Below, one piece after another: positions 56,053 to 64,000 of a stretch of 64,000 bases of DNA; positions within the stretch are counted from its first letter, which is position 1, and each line of letters opens with the position of its first letter. Position numbers and translations under genes: made by a program. The notes under the pieces were generated by a model, which saw only the letters and a program-made list of their open reading frames with translations, ran no database searches and had not been told where the DNA came from. The stretch is from the NCBI GenBank assembly GCA_964490175.1, contig CAZBAI010000002.1, positions 21,381-85,380 of the forward strand, read 5' to 3'. Source of the DNA: an uncultured Oscillospiraceae bacterium (GTDB lineage Bacteria > Bacillota > Clostridia > Oscillospirales > Ruminococcaceae).

Positions 56053-58077
56053 ATGCTTACAAAAGCATTAAAGCGAACGCTGTCGGGCGCTTGTGCTGTC
56101 AGTGTTGCCGCTTGCTGTATGCAAAGCGCCTGCGCTACGGTCACCTTATCGGGCGATGCAAACGGCGACTCTTGTTTTAATTCAAGCGACCTTGCAACAG
56201 CGCAGAGTGTTTTGCTGCGTGCGCAGAGCATAGGTTCACAGTATATGGAAAACTGTGATATGAACAGTGACGGCATTTTCAACGCAGTTGACCTGCTCAT
56301 TATGCGCCGCACCCCGTTTGGCGGTGCTTTGGATACGGACAACACCGTCACCGAAATACAATATGCCGAATCAGGCGTTACACTTTACAACGCCTCGGGC
56401 AATGTTGTTGAGGCAAACAAAGCTTTGAACGTTACTGTCGAAAACAACACATACGTTACGGTTATCGCTCCGAGCGATATTGACGTTTCCGGCACTTGTT
56501 CTTCGGGTCAGCTTGCGGTAGACTGTGATAAAACAGCCTATGTTGACGGTGCTGTTACCTTTAATCTCAAGGGCTTGACCCTTTCAAACACATCTACATC
56601 GCCGATTTATATTGCCGCAATTGACGATGAGGTCGTATTCGCCAGCAAAAAAGGCTATACCAACACGATTACGGACGGAAGCGATTATACAAACGCTTCG
56701 GGTGATTGCGGTGCGATTTATGCCTGTGATGACATCAAATTCAAGGGCAAGGGCGTTTTGAATGTAAACGGCAACTGTCAAGACGGTATTGTTTGCAAAA
56801 ACGATATCAAGATTTGGAACGGCACGCTTAACGTTACAGCGGCAGATGACGGTATAAGGGGAAAGGATTCGGTAAGAATCGGCGACCCCGACGCTACCGA
56901 TTATTCATCGCTGAATGTAACCGTAAAAGCTTTGGGCGGTGACGGAATCAAATCAACGGACGACTCCGACACAAGCTGCGGATTTGTTCGCATAAACGGC
57001 GGCAATATAAATGTTAATTCCTACGGCGATTGCATTTTCGGCGTGTATAATGTCGAAATCAACGGCGGCTCATTGGAGCTTGTATCGGAAACCACATACG
57101 GAACGACCAGCTCAAAGGGCATAAAATCCGGATATACCGATGATGACACAGACACCGAATATACCGGTAATGTCACAATCAACGGCGGATATATGAATAT
57201 TAACACAACCGATGACTGCATTAACTCAAACGGCAATATCGACCTTATCGGCGGTCAGATGGAGCTGACGATAAACGCAACAAGTTTTTCCGATGATAAA
57301 GACGGACGTCAGGCAATTCATGCCGATGACACTATCAATATCGGCACAAGCGGAAACGAAACCGTTTATGACGATGTAACGATTATTGTATATAACGCTT
57401 ATGAGGGTCTTGAAGGATATAATATCAACCAGATGAGCGGCAGCGTAATAGTCAATTCATATGATGACGGCTTTAACGTTGCGGGCGGTGCGGATGATTC
57501 CGGCTCTTCCGATTTCCGTCCCGGAATGGGCGGCGGCATGAGTGGTTTCGGCAGTTCTTCCACTGCCGGTGACCTTGTAATCAGCGGCGGATTCTCACTT
57601 GTAAATGCTCAAGACGGTGATCATGACGGCTACGATTCCAACGGAAACATCATCATTTCGGGCGGCATTGCCATCTCCAACGGCAACGACCCGTTTGACT
57701 GGGGCGACAGCGGTACAATTACCTATTCCGGCGGTGTTTATGTTGAAAACACAGGTTCAGGCGGCATGGGCGGCTTTGGAGGAATGGGCGGCTTCGGCGG
57801 CATGGGCAACAGTTCATCAATGACCCAATCTGTCAGCGTATCGACATCGCTCAGTGCGCAAACAAGAATCACGCTTTGCGACGGCTCGGGCAATGTTATC
57901 GTTTCGTTTATTGCGGATAAGAGCGTAACTTCGCTGGTTGCAGGCTGCACGGCATACAGCGGCGCTGCATTCTATTCCGGCGGAACGTTGACAAATTCAA
58001 CTTATTTCCAAACGCTTGACGATACTCAGCTTGCAGCATACGGCGGAACGTTATCAAACGGCACAAAGCTCGGCTGA
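56053..58077 (+). CDS. Secreted N-terminal-dockerin protein with a beta-helix carbohydrate-binding (Cthe_2159-like) region and Gly/Met-rich repeats
   Basis: The signal peptide is MLTKALKRTLSGACAVSVAACCMQSACA. The dockerin segments are GDANGDSCFNSSDLATAQ and DMNSDGIFNAVDLLIMRR. Repetitive D-G-I/ING-G beta-helix-like turns follow, then GGMGGFGGMGGFGGMG near the C-terminus. The start at 56053 follows GGAGG. Confidence 0.7.
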   Translation: MLTKALKRTLSGACAVSVAACCMQSACATVTLSGDANGDSCFNSSDLATAQSVLLRAQSIGSQYMENCDMNSDGIFNAVDLLIMRRTPFGGALDTDNTVTEIQYAESGVTLYNASGNVVEANKALNVTVENNTYVTVIAPSDIDVSGTCSSGQLAVDCDKTAYVDGAVTFNLKGLTLSNTSTSPIYIAAIDDEVVFASKKGYTNTITDGSDYTNASGDCGAIYACDDIKFKGKGVLNVNGNCQDGIVCKNDIKIWNGTLNVTAADDGIRGKDSVRIGDPDATDYSSLNVTVKALGGDGIKSTDDSDTSCGFVRINGGNINVNSYGDCIFGVYNVEINGGSLELVSETTYGTTSSKGIKSGYTDDDTDTEYTGNVTINGGYMNINTTDDCINSNGNIDLIGGQMELTINATSFSDDKDGRQAIHADDTINIGTSGNETVYDDVTIIVYNAYEGLEGYNINQMSGSVIVNSYDDGFNVAGGADDSGSSDFRPGMGGGMSGFGSSSTAGDLVISGGFSLVNAQDGDHDGYDSNGNIIISGGIAISNGNDPFDWGDSGTITYSGGVYVENTGSGGMGGFGGMGGFGGMGNSSSMTQSVSVSTSLSAQTRITLCDGSGNVIVSFIADKSVTSLVAGCTAYSGAAFYSGGTLTNSTYFQTLDDTQLAAYGGTLSNGTKLG

Positions 58078-58100
58078 TAATTTAAAACAGTGCAAATACA

Positions 58101-58129
58101 AAGCCGCAGATTTTGATTCTGCGGCTTTT
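58101..58129 (+). terminator. Intrinsic terminator
   Basis: AAGCCGCAGA pairs with TCTGCGGCTT, followed by TTG. Confidence 0.65.
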
Positions 58130-58217
58130 GCCGTGCCCGAACGTGGGTGCGCTTGACAAATTTTGTGAAAAGATATAATATATAGTGTAGTTTAAAATCC
58201 GTATCCGAAAGGGAAAA

Positions 58218-61145
58218 ATGATTTATATGCTAAAACACATTAAAAGAATGTCGTCGATATTTTCGGCTGTATGCATTGCTTTGAATTTAACCTTGCCGAT
58301 ATCGGCTTTGTACAATATTGAGGATTTCGGTAATGAGGCAAACGCTCGTGGAAACGAATATACATATACCGCATTTGACCGCACCGACGGCATTGCTTCC
58401 AATACCGTTAATGATGCCGTGCAGACCGATGACGGCTATATGTGGTTTGCTACCGATTGCGGACTTGTGCGATATAATGCATCTGAATTTGAAGCTGTTG
58501 ATTTTGAAGAAGATGATTTAAAAAGCTGCTGCGTTACCGCTCTTGCCTGCGACGGTGCAGGCACGCTTTGGGTGGGCACCGAAGGCAGCGGGCTTTTTAA
58601 ACTCTGCAAAAACACGCTGCGCCGCTTTGATACAAAGGGCTACCTTTCGCAGGATATTGTCGCAATCGAGTGCGACGCTTTGGGAAATATAGTTGTCGCC
58701 GCAGGCAACGGCATAGCCGTTATCGATTCTGATAATAATGAAATTAACAATTTGTGTGATGAGCTTACCAGCGCAGATAAAAGCCTTGCGGATATATCGG
58801 CGGCAGCAAACGGTCTTGTTTGGTGTATAACCGAAAATTCTTCGGTATATTTTATTGCAAATTCAAAAAAATCGCTTGTGGATATTGACGGCGATGACGG
58901 TAAAAATATTGTTTCAACTCAAAAACCGATAAGCGTTTTCGCAAGCGCTTCGGGTCGGGTTTATGTGGGAACGGCTTCAAACGAAATTATTTATTTTGAC
59001 CCGTGTGATGACGGTTCGTTTGATTCGGGCGTTATTAAATGTGATTTTTCAAACGCTGTATATTCTTTCGTCGAGGACGGCGCTTCAAGGATATGGCTTT
59101 GCACCGACACAGGAATAGGATATATCGAAAACGACCGAGCTTATGCCGTTGAATCTTATATTTCGGGCAATGTTAATTCGGGCTATTGCGACAGCGAATC
59201 AAACCTGTGGATGTGCTCACAAGAAGAGGGCTTGCTTGAAATTACAGCAGGTCGTCAGGTCAATCTCAGCGCACAGGCAGGCATGGGCGCAAAACTTTGC
59301 AATTGCACTGCCGTTTATAATAATCTTTTGTATATGGGCACGAATGACGGCCTTTGCGTTTATGATGCGCTTAATGTTGCCTCGGTTGAAGAAAATGAAC
59401 TTACAGCGCTTCTTTCGGGAATAAAAATCAATTGTATTATTGTCGGTGAAAACGGCAATTTGCTGATAGGCACAGATGAAAAATACGGATTTATAAGATA
59501 TAACGCCGACACCGACCGAAGCTGGAGCATTCTCAATTCGGAAAACGGTCTTTGCGGACAAAGCGTTTACGCTATCGCTACCGATAAATCCGGAAATGTC
59601 GCAATTGCAACGGAAAGTGCCGTTTGCATTCTTATCGGTGATTCGATAGAATCGGTATATGAGATAGACTTTAAGGTAAATGATATTGAGTTTGATTTGC
59701 AAGGTACGCTTTATGTTGCCTGCGACAGCGGCGCTTATAAGCTTTGCGGCGAAGAATTTATAAGTCTTGGCAATGACCTTGACAATGTGTGCGTTTATGA
59801 TATATGCGCCGCTGACGATTCGACAATGCTGCTTGCGGCGCAAAGCGGCGTTTATTCATATTCGTCGGATACATTGAAAAAAGCCGTGCATGATACAGAG
59901 CAAATATTCAGCGATATTGTATTTGACGAAAGCGGTGTTTTTCTTATCGGTGAAGAATCGGTTTACAAAGCAAATTTCGACGGTAAAGGGAATTTAACCG
60001 ATATTTGCGATATTTGCGGAATGTTCGGGCTTTATGCTTCACCGACCGTTGCTTCAAAGGCGTGCATGCAAAGCGGCGTGCTTTATATCTGCACGGTAAA
60101 CGGCGTTGTGGCGCTTAAAACCGCAATTCCCGAAAGTATGCCTAAAATATCCGTAAACGCCATATACGGCAACGGCGAAGTGATATCGGCAGACAACGGC
60201 GTGTATAAGCTTGATTCTGACGTAAAACAGCTTGATATCGACGTTTCCGTGCTAAGCTTTAAGGGAAAAAGCAGTATAACATATGTGCTTGAGGGTTTTG
60301 ATAAATCCGAAAAAACGGTATTGTCATCAGAGCATATAAGATACACAAATCTTGACGGCGGAAAATATACCTTAAAAATTTACGGCACCGATTGTGACGG
60401 TAACAATACAGAAGTGATTTCGATAAAAATATCAAAACAAAATGTTTGGTATGAATCCGTTGTGTTTTGGATTGTGCTTGTCCTTGCCGCCGCTATAATA
60501 TCGTTCCTTGTCAGTATGTTTTTTATTGCGCAAAAGTTGGAAAAAGAGGAAAATTTGCAAATTGTCAGGTCAAATCTTTCCGTAGCGTCAATAATGGCGG
60601 TTTCCGAAACGATTGATTCACGCTCGAATGTTTCGGCAGGGCATTCAAAACGTGTTGCTGAATATTCCGTTAAAATTGCAAAGCAGCTTCGCTGTGACGA
60701 TAATTTTAAAGAAAGCCTTTATATTGCCGCATTGCTGCATGATATCGGTAATATCGGCGTTTGCGATGAGGTTTTGAAAAAGCCGCACAAGCTCACCCCC
60801 GAGGAAATTAAATCGGTGCAGCAGCACGTTGATATCGGCTTTTCGATTCTTAATGAACATGATGCACTGCGTGACCTTGCAAGCGCTGTTTTGTATCATC
60901 ATGAACGCTATGACGGTTCGGGATATTCAAAGGGTATTAAAGGCGATGCGATTCCGCTTGCCGCCAAAATTATTTTTGCGGCAGAATCGCTTGACGCCAT
61001 GACAACCGAAAAACCTTACAGACCAAAGCTGACAAGAGAGCGCATTATCAATGAATTTAAAGTCGGCTCGGGTACGCAGTTTGACCCCGAAGTTGCTTCG
61101 GCGGTGATAAAAATCGTCGAAATCGGCGGTGTTGCCGAAATTTAA
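58218..61145 (+). CDS. Sensor protein: extracytoplasmic two-component-regulator-propeller + Y_Y_Y domains, one TM helix, cytoplasmic HD-GYP domain
   Basis: The 975-aa protein has repeated propeller blades (V..I..D..G.lWvgT). A Y_Y_Y-like module (IRYTNLDGGKYTLKIYGTDCDGN) follows, then the TM helix VVFWIVLVLAAAIISFLVSMFFI. The HD-GYP motifs are HSKRVAEY, LLHDIGNIGV and HHERYDGSGYSKG. Confidence 0.85.
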   Translation: MIYMLKHIKRMSSIFSAVCIALNLTLPISALYNIEDFGNEANARGNEYTYTAFDRTDGIASNTVNDAVQTDDGYMWFATDCGLVRYNASEFEAVDFEEDDLKSCCVTALACDGAGTLWVGTEGSGLFKLCKNTLRRFDTKGYLSQDIVAIECDALGNIVVAAGNGIAVIDSDNNEINNLCDELTSADKSLADISAAANGLVWCITENSSVYFIANSKKSLVDIDGDDGKNIVSTQKPISVFASASGRVYVGTASNEIIYFDPCDDGSFDSGVIKCDFSNAVYSFVEDGASRIWLCTDTGIGYIENDRAYAVESYISGNVNSGYCDSESNLWMCSQEEGLLEITAGRQVNLSAQAGMGAKLCNCTAVYNNLLYMGTNDGLCVYDALNVASVEENELTALLSGIKINCIIVGENGNLLIGTDEKYGFIRYNADTDRSWSILNSENGLCGQSVYAIATDKSGNVAIATESAVCILIGDSIESVYEIDFKVNDIEFDLQGTLYVACDSGAYKLCGEEFISLGNDLDNVCVYDICAADDSTMLLAAQSGVYSYSSDTLKKAVHDTEQIFSDIVFDESGVFLIGEESVYKANFDGKGNLTDICDICGMFGLYASPTVASKACMQSGVLYICTVNGVVALKTAIPESMPKISVNAIYGNGEVISADNGVYKLDSDVKQLDIDVSVLSFKGKSSITYVLEGFDKSEKTVLSSEHIRYTNLDGGKYTLKIYGTDCDGNNTEVISIKISKQNVWYESVVFWIVLVLAAAIISFLVSMFFIAQKLEKEENLQIVRSNLSVASIMAVSETIDSRSNVSAGHSKRVAEYSVKIAKQLRCDDNFKESLYIAALLHDIGNIGVCDEVLKKPHKLTPEEIKSVQQHVDIGFSILNEHDALRDLASAVLYHHERYDGSGYSKGIKGDAIPLAAKIIFAAESLDAMTTEKPYRPKLTRERIINEFKVGSGTQFDPEVASAVIKIVEIGGVAEI

Positions 61146-61164
61146 GAAGATTTGACAAAATAAA

Positions 61165-61215
61165 AACAGCAAAGCGATTGCGGCAATTGATAATCGCTTT
61201 GCTGTTATATTTTTC
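61165..61215. terminator. Bidirectional intrinsic terminator
   Basis: A 15-bp stem pairs AACAGCAAAGCGATT with AATCGCTTTGCTGTT, followed by ATATTTTT. Confidence 0.75.
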
Positions 61216-61281
61216 ATTAAATTAGCCCCTACTCGTTCGCTTGAATTTGCTTTGATTTGCAAATTGAGCGAAAGGACAAAG

Positions 61282-61749
61282 TCAACAATCGGGTTTGACA
61301 ATATATTCCATTTCAATATCAGCTTTTTCGGATTTCCAAATGTCTTTTCTGTATGGAATTTGCTTAAAGCCGAATTTTTTATACAGATGAATTGCAGGTT
61401 TTAATCCCGATACGGTAATTAAGCATATTTTCTTTGCTCTATGTGAAATTGCGTAGTCCATACAGGCTTTTAATACCGCCGAACCTGCGCCCGTTCCCGT
61501 ATATTGTCCCTGTGCCGCAAGTTTGCATATTTCCCATACATCATCACCTAACGGCTCTATCATGCAGGTTGCCAATACTTTCTCATTTTCAAGGCAAAAA
61601 TATACCATTGCGCCTTTTTCAATTAGTTCTTCAACATGCTCCATCGAATATCGGTCAAAATCTTCGATATAATAAAGCTTTGTCAGCCATTCGGTGTTCA
61701 ATCGTACAAAATCATCTTTGTATTTTGAATCGTATTCAATTATCTGCAT
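61282..61749 (-). CDS. GNAT family N-acetyltransferase
   Basis: The 155-aa protein has motif A: QGQYTGTGAGSAVLKACMDYA. Confidence 0.85.
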   Translation of the reverse strand: MQIIEYDSKYKDDFVRLNTEWLTKLYYIEDFDRYSMEHVEELIEKGAMVYFCLENEKVLATCMIEPLGDDVWEICKLAAQGQYTGTGAGSAVLKACMDYAISHRAKKICLITVSGLKPAIHLYKKFGFKQIPYRKDIWKSEKADIEMEYIVKPDC

Positions 61750-61775
61750 AAGCTTAATCCTTATCGTGAATACTG

Positions 61776-62300
61776 TTATTGTCCTTTGCCGATTCCCTTG
61801 TTATATAGTTTATGCATTCCGCATTTCCAGCACAGTATCATGCCTAAAACTGCGCCCACAACCGCCTGCAAAATCTGATAAGGAAGTTTTAGCAACGCAT
61901 ATTCGGGCGTGCTGTAAATAAATGCTCTGCCGAGCGAATATCCTACAACCATGATGACTGCGCCGAGTGTAACGCCGATTCCCGAAGATATTACGGGGTG
62001 TTTTTTCAAAACATAGTGTGAAAAGACGGAGATAACCACAGCTTGTAGTCCGTGCGTTGCCAGCGAAACAAACATCGGAGCGGGGTAAAAAAACATATCG
62101 CCCAAGAAAGCTCCGACGCCGCCTACCATAAATGCCGCAAATGGGTCGAGCAAAATCGAAGCGGTGCAGATAACGATATCGTTCATGTAAAGGTGACCGC
62201 CCGGAACGGGAACGCCGAACGAGCTCATAGCAACATTAAGCGCCATAAACATTGCCGTTGTGCAAAGCCAAAGTGTTGTTCTTTTTTTTGTGTCTTTCAT
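61776..62300 (-). CDS. ECF transporter S component (orphan; substrate unassigned, vitamin B6 vitamer suspected from context)
   Basis: The 174-aa protein has 5-6 TM segments and the typical S-component pattern (TAMFMALNVAMSSF..P.P...HLYMNDIVI....LLDP..AFMVGGVGAFLGD). It is divergent from a MocR/PdxR-type regulator. Confidence 0.6.
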   Translation of the reverse strand: MKDTKKRTTLWLCTTAMFMALNVAMSSFGVPVPGGHLYMNDIVICTASILLDPFAAFMVGGVGAFLGDMFFYPAPMFVSLATHGLQAVVISVFSHYVLKKHPVISSGIGVTLGAVIMVVGYSLGRAFIYSTPEYALLKLPYQILQAVVGAVLGMILCWKCGMHKLYNKGIGKGQ

Positions 62301-62392
62301 TTTAATTTTCTCCTTGATATTTTTATGAAAATATTATATAATATCAACTGGTGATACAAAATAACCAGAACGGAGAAAAATAATATAACCAG

Positions 62393-63487
62393 ATGAACTA
62401 TACAATAAAAAAAGAAGAACGACCTATATATTTGCAGGTATATAAGCAAATAAGAGATGACATTATAGCCGGGGCATATCCGTATATGAGCAAGCTTCCA
62501 TCAAAAAGGCTGCTTGCCGACGAAATCGGAATCAGCACGATAACTGTTGAACACGCATATTCTCTCTTGTGTGACGAGGGCTATGCAGAGGCACGTGAAA
62601 AGAGCGGATATTTTGTTATATTCAAGCAAACAGACTGCTTTGCATCATCCGGCATCATTGATGTTTTGCCGATAAATCATAAAATCATCACACCGTCTTA
62701 TCCGAATCTGTCCATTTCCGTTTTGTGCAAAACGATGAGAAAGGTCATTACCGATTACTATGATGTGATGTTGGAAAAGTCGCCGAATACGGGCTGTTTG
62801 GAGCTGCGAAACGCTATAAAACATTATCTTTTGCGCAACCGTGCAATGAATGTTGAAGTTAATCAAATCGTAATCGGTTCGGGAGCGGAATATTTATATA
62901 CGTTGATTATCGAGCTTCTCGGCAAAGACAAAACCGTTGCAATCGAGAATCCGTCTTATGAGAAAATCGAACAGATTTATCGCACCGCACAGGTGAACTG
63001 CGAATTGTTGCCATTGGCTAAAGACGGTATTGACAGTAAATCGCTTTCAATGTCCAAAGCCGATATATTACACACCACACCGTACCAGAGTTATCCGAGC
63101 GGCGTAACAGCTTCGGCTTCAAAAAGGCACGAATACATAAAATGGGCGGAAAAGGGCGAATGCTTTATAATAGAATCCGATTACGGTTCCGAATTTTCCG
63201 TATCATCACAGCCGATGGAAACTTTGTTTAAGCTTTCAAATTCCGATAATGTGATTTATTTGAACACATTTTCAAAAACAATTTCGTCTTCAATGCGTGT
63301 GGGATATATGGTTCTTCCGAAAAAGCTGATAAAACCTTTTGACGAAAAGCTCGGATTTTATTCTTGCACCGTTCCCACATTTGAACAGTATGTTTTGACA
63401 GAACTGTTAAACAGCGGCGATTTTGAAAGGCACATCAACCGTGTGCGAAGAGCTATAAGAAAAGAATTGCGCAGCAAACAGCCTTAA
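62393..63487 (+). CDS. MocR/PdxR-type regulator (GntR wHTH + fold-type I aminotransferase-like domain), short form
   Basis: The N-terminal GntR HTH is PSKRLLADEIGISTITVEHAYSLLCDEGY. The aminotransferase-like core has the PLP-lysine context NTFSKTISSSMRVGY. At 364 aa it ends soon after the HINRVRR helix. Confidence 0.75.
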   Translation: MNYTIKKEERPIYLQVYKQIRDDIIAGAYPYMSKLPSKRLLADEIGISTITVEHAYSLLCDEGYAEAREKSGYFVIFKQTDCFASSGIIDVLPINHKIITPSYPNLSISVLCKTMRKVITDYYDVMLEKSPNTGCLELRNAIKHYLLRNRAMNVEVNQIVIGSGAEYLYTLIIELLGKDKTVAIENPSYEKIEQIYRTAQVNCELLPLAKDGIDSKSLSMSKADILHTTPYQSYPSGVTASASKRHEYIKWAEKGECFIIESDYGSEFSVSSQPMETLFKLSNSDNVIYLNTFSKTISSSMRVGYMVLPKKLIKPFDEKLGFYSCTVPTFEQYVLTELLNSGDFERHINRVRRAIRKELRSKQP

Positions 63488-63497
63488 AAATGCAGAT

Positions 63498-63537
63498 AAA
63501 AACAAGCCGCCTTTGAACGAACCAAAGGCGGCTTTAA
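63498..63537. terminator. Bidirectional intrinsic terminator (MocR gene / pck)
   Basis: A 12-bp stem pairs AAGCCGCCTTTG with CAAAGGCGGCTT between convergent genes. Confidence 0.7.
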
Positions 63538-63554
63538 TACCGTTTATGAAAAAA

Positions 63555-64000
63555 TTATTTAAGTCTTGCTTCAAGATTGTCAAGCTGATGTGAAAGTTCA
63601 GCCGGGAGCTTATCGCCGAATTTTGCATAAAATTCACGAATACCCTTAGCTTCTTCTTTCCAAAGGTCAACATCAACATCGAGCAGACCCTTGATAGTGT
63701 CAACGTCGATGCCGTCAAGACCGTCAACATTGATATCTTCAGCCTTAGGCTCAAAGCCGATAGGCGTTTCAACAGCGTCCGCAACGTCTTCACAGCGCTG
63801 AATAATCCAGTCGAGAACACGCATATTGTCGCCGAATCCGGGCCAAATAAAGTGACCTTCATCGTCGGTTCTGAACCAGTTTACGTTGAATATCTTCGGA
63901 GCTTTATCGCCGAGCTTTTCGCCCATTTCAAGCCAGTGTGCCCAATAATCGCCCATGTGATATCCGCAGAAAGGAAGCATAGCCATGGGGTCACGTCTTA
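63555..64000 (-). CDS. pck: Phosphoenolpyruvate carboxykinase (GTP), C-terminal part (the gene continues beyond the right window edge)
   Basis: The C-terminal residues are ...PFCGYHMGDYWAHWLEMGEKLGDKAPKIFNVNWFRTDDEGHFIWPGFGDNMRVLDWIIQR..., typical of GTP-dependent PEPCK. Confidence 0.85.
   Translation of the reverse strand, partial: RRDPMAMLPFCGYHMGDYWAHWLEMGEKLGDKAPKIFNVNWFRTDDEGHFIWPGFGDNMRVLDWIIQRCEDVADAVETPIGFEPKAEDINVDGLDGIDVDTIKGLLDVDVDLWKEEAKGIREFYAKFGDKLPAELSHQLDNLEARLK

Noticed and set aside
57757-57810. A short tandem DNA repeat (ggcatgggcggcttt-like units), considered as a possible CRISPR or VNTR element.
   Set aside because: It lies in frame inside a coding sequence and encodes the GGMGGF repeat. 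There are no spacers or array structure, so it is a coding low-complexity repeat.
59217-59843. A 208-aa minus-strand ORF inside the HD-GYP sensor gene.
   Set aside because: It is antisense to a well-supported 975-aa ORF, has low-complexity composition, and has no RBS or promoter.

Overview
This is a 64-kb chromosomal window from an anaerobic Firmicute of class Clostridia. N-terminal dockerin modules on secreted proteins, a SCIFF peptide/maturase pair, a NuoEF+GltD-type (Bfu/Stn-like) complex, GTP-type PEPCK and many BspA-type LRR lipoproteins suggest a Ruminococcus-like gut or rumen organism. That taxonomic call is inference only. I support about 55 protein-coding genes, 2 tRNAs (Val-GAC, Arg-ACG), 2 riboswitches (cobalamin, yybP-ykoY Mn2+), and several sigma70-like promoters, intrinsic terminators and operator-like palindromes. 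Housekeeping blocks are the complete F1Fo ATP synthase operon atpIBEFHAGDC, Tex, PlsC, D-LDH, desulfoferrodoxin, feoAB and glycoside hydrolases (GH2, GH5, GH13). I found no rRNA, CRISPR array, transposase, integrase, prophage or recognisable defence system. The most interesting region is 36.9-43.5 kb. There a cobalamin-riboswitch leader precedes a six-gene operon that joins a dedicated ECF importer (T, fused A-A', S) to three further proteins. These are a sortase-type anchored DUF4430 protein, a 560-aa protein whose alpha/alpha-toroid and DUF4430 (transcobalamin beta-domain-like) halves are separated by a transmembrane hairpin, and a Cys-rich small-domain protein. I read this as a candidate, experimentally uncharacterised Gram-positive corrinoid capture and hand-off system. 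Secondary observations: (1) an 18-bp palindrome AGTTAGC-N4-GCTAACT occurs five times and links feoA, feoB and a DUF2325 gene 15 kb away into one putative regulon; (2) two real-looking small genes fall below the ORF-track cutoff, and one orphan 44-codon peptide gene has its own promoter and terminator; (3) a leader with mutually exclusive hairpins lies upstream of an MFS pump; (4) the c-subunit carries a Na+-type ion site and the epsilon subunit lacks its C-terminal domain; (5) a beta-propeller sensor is fused to an HD-GYP domain. All homology statements come from reading the translated sequences and motifs from memory, not from database searches.
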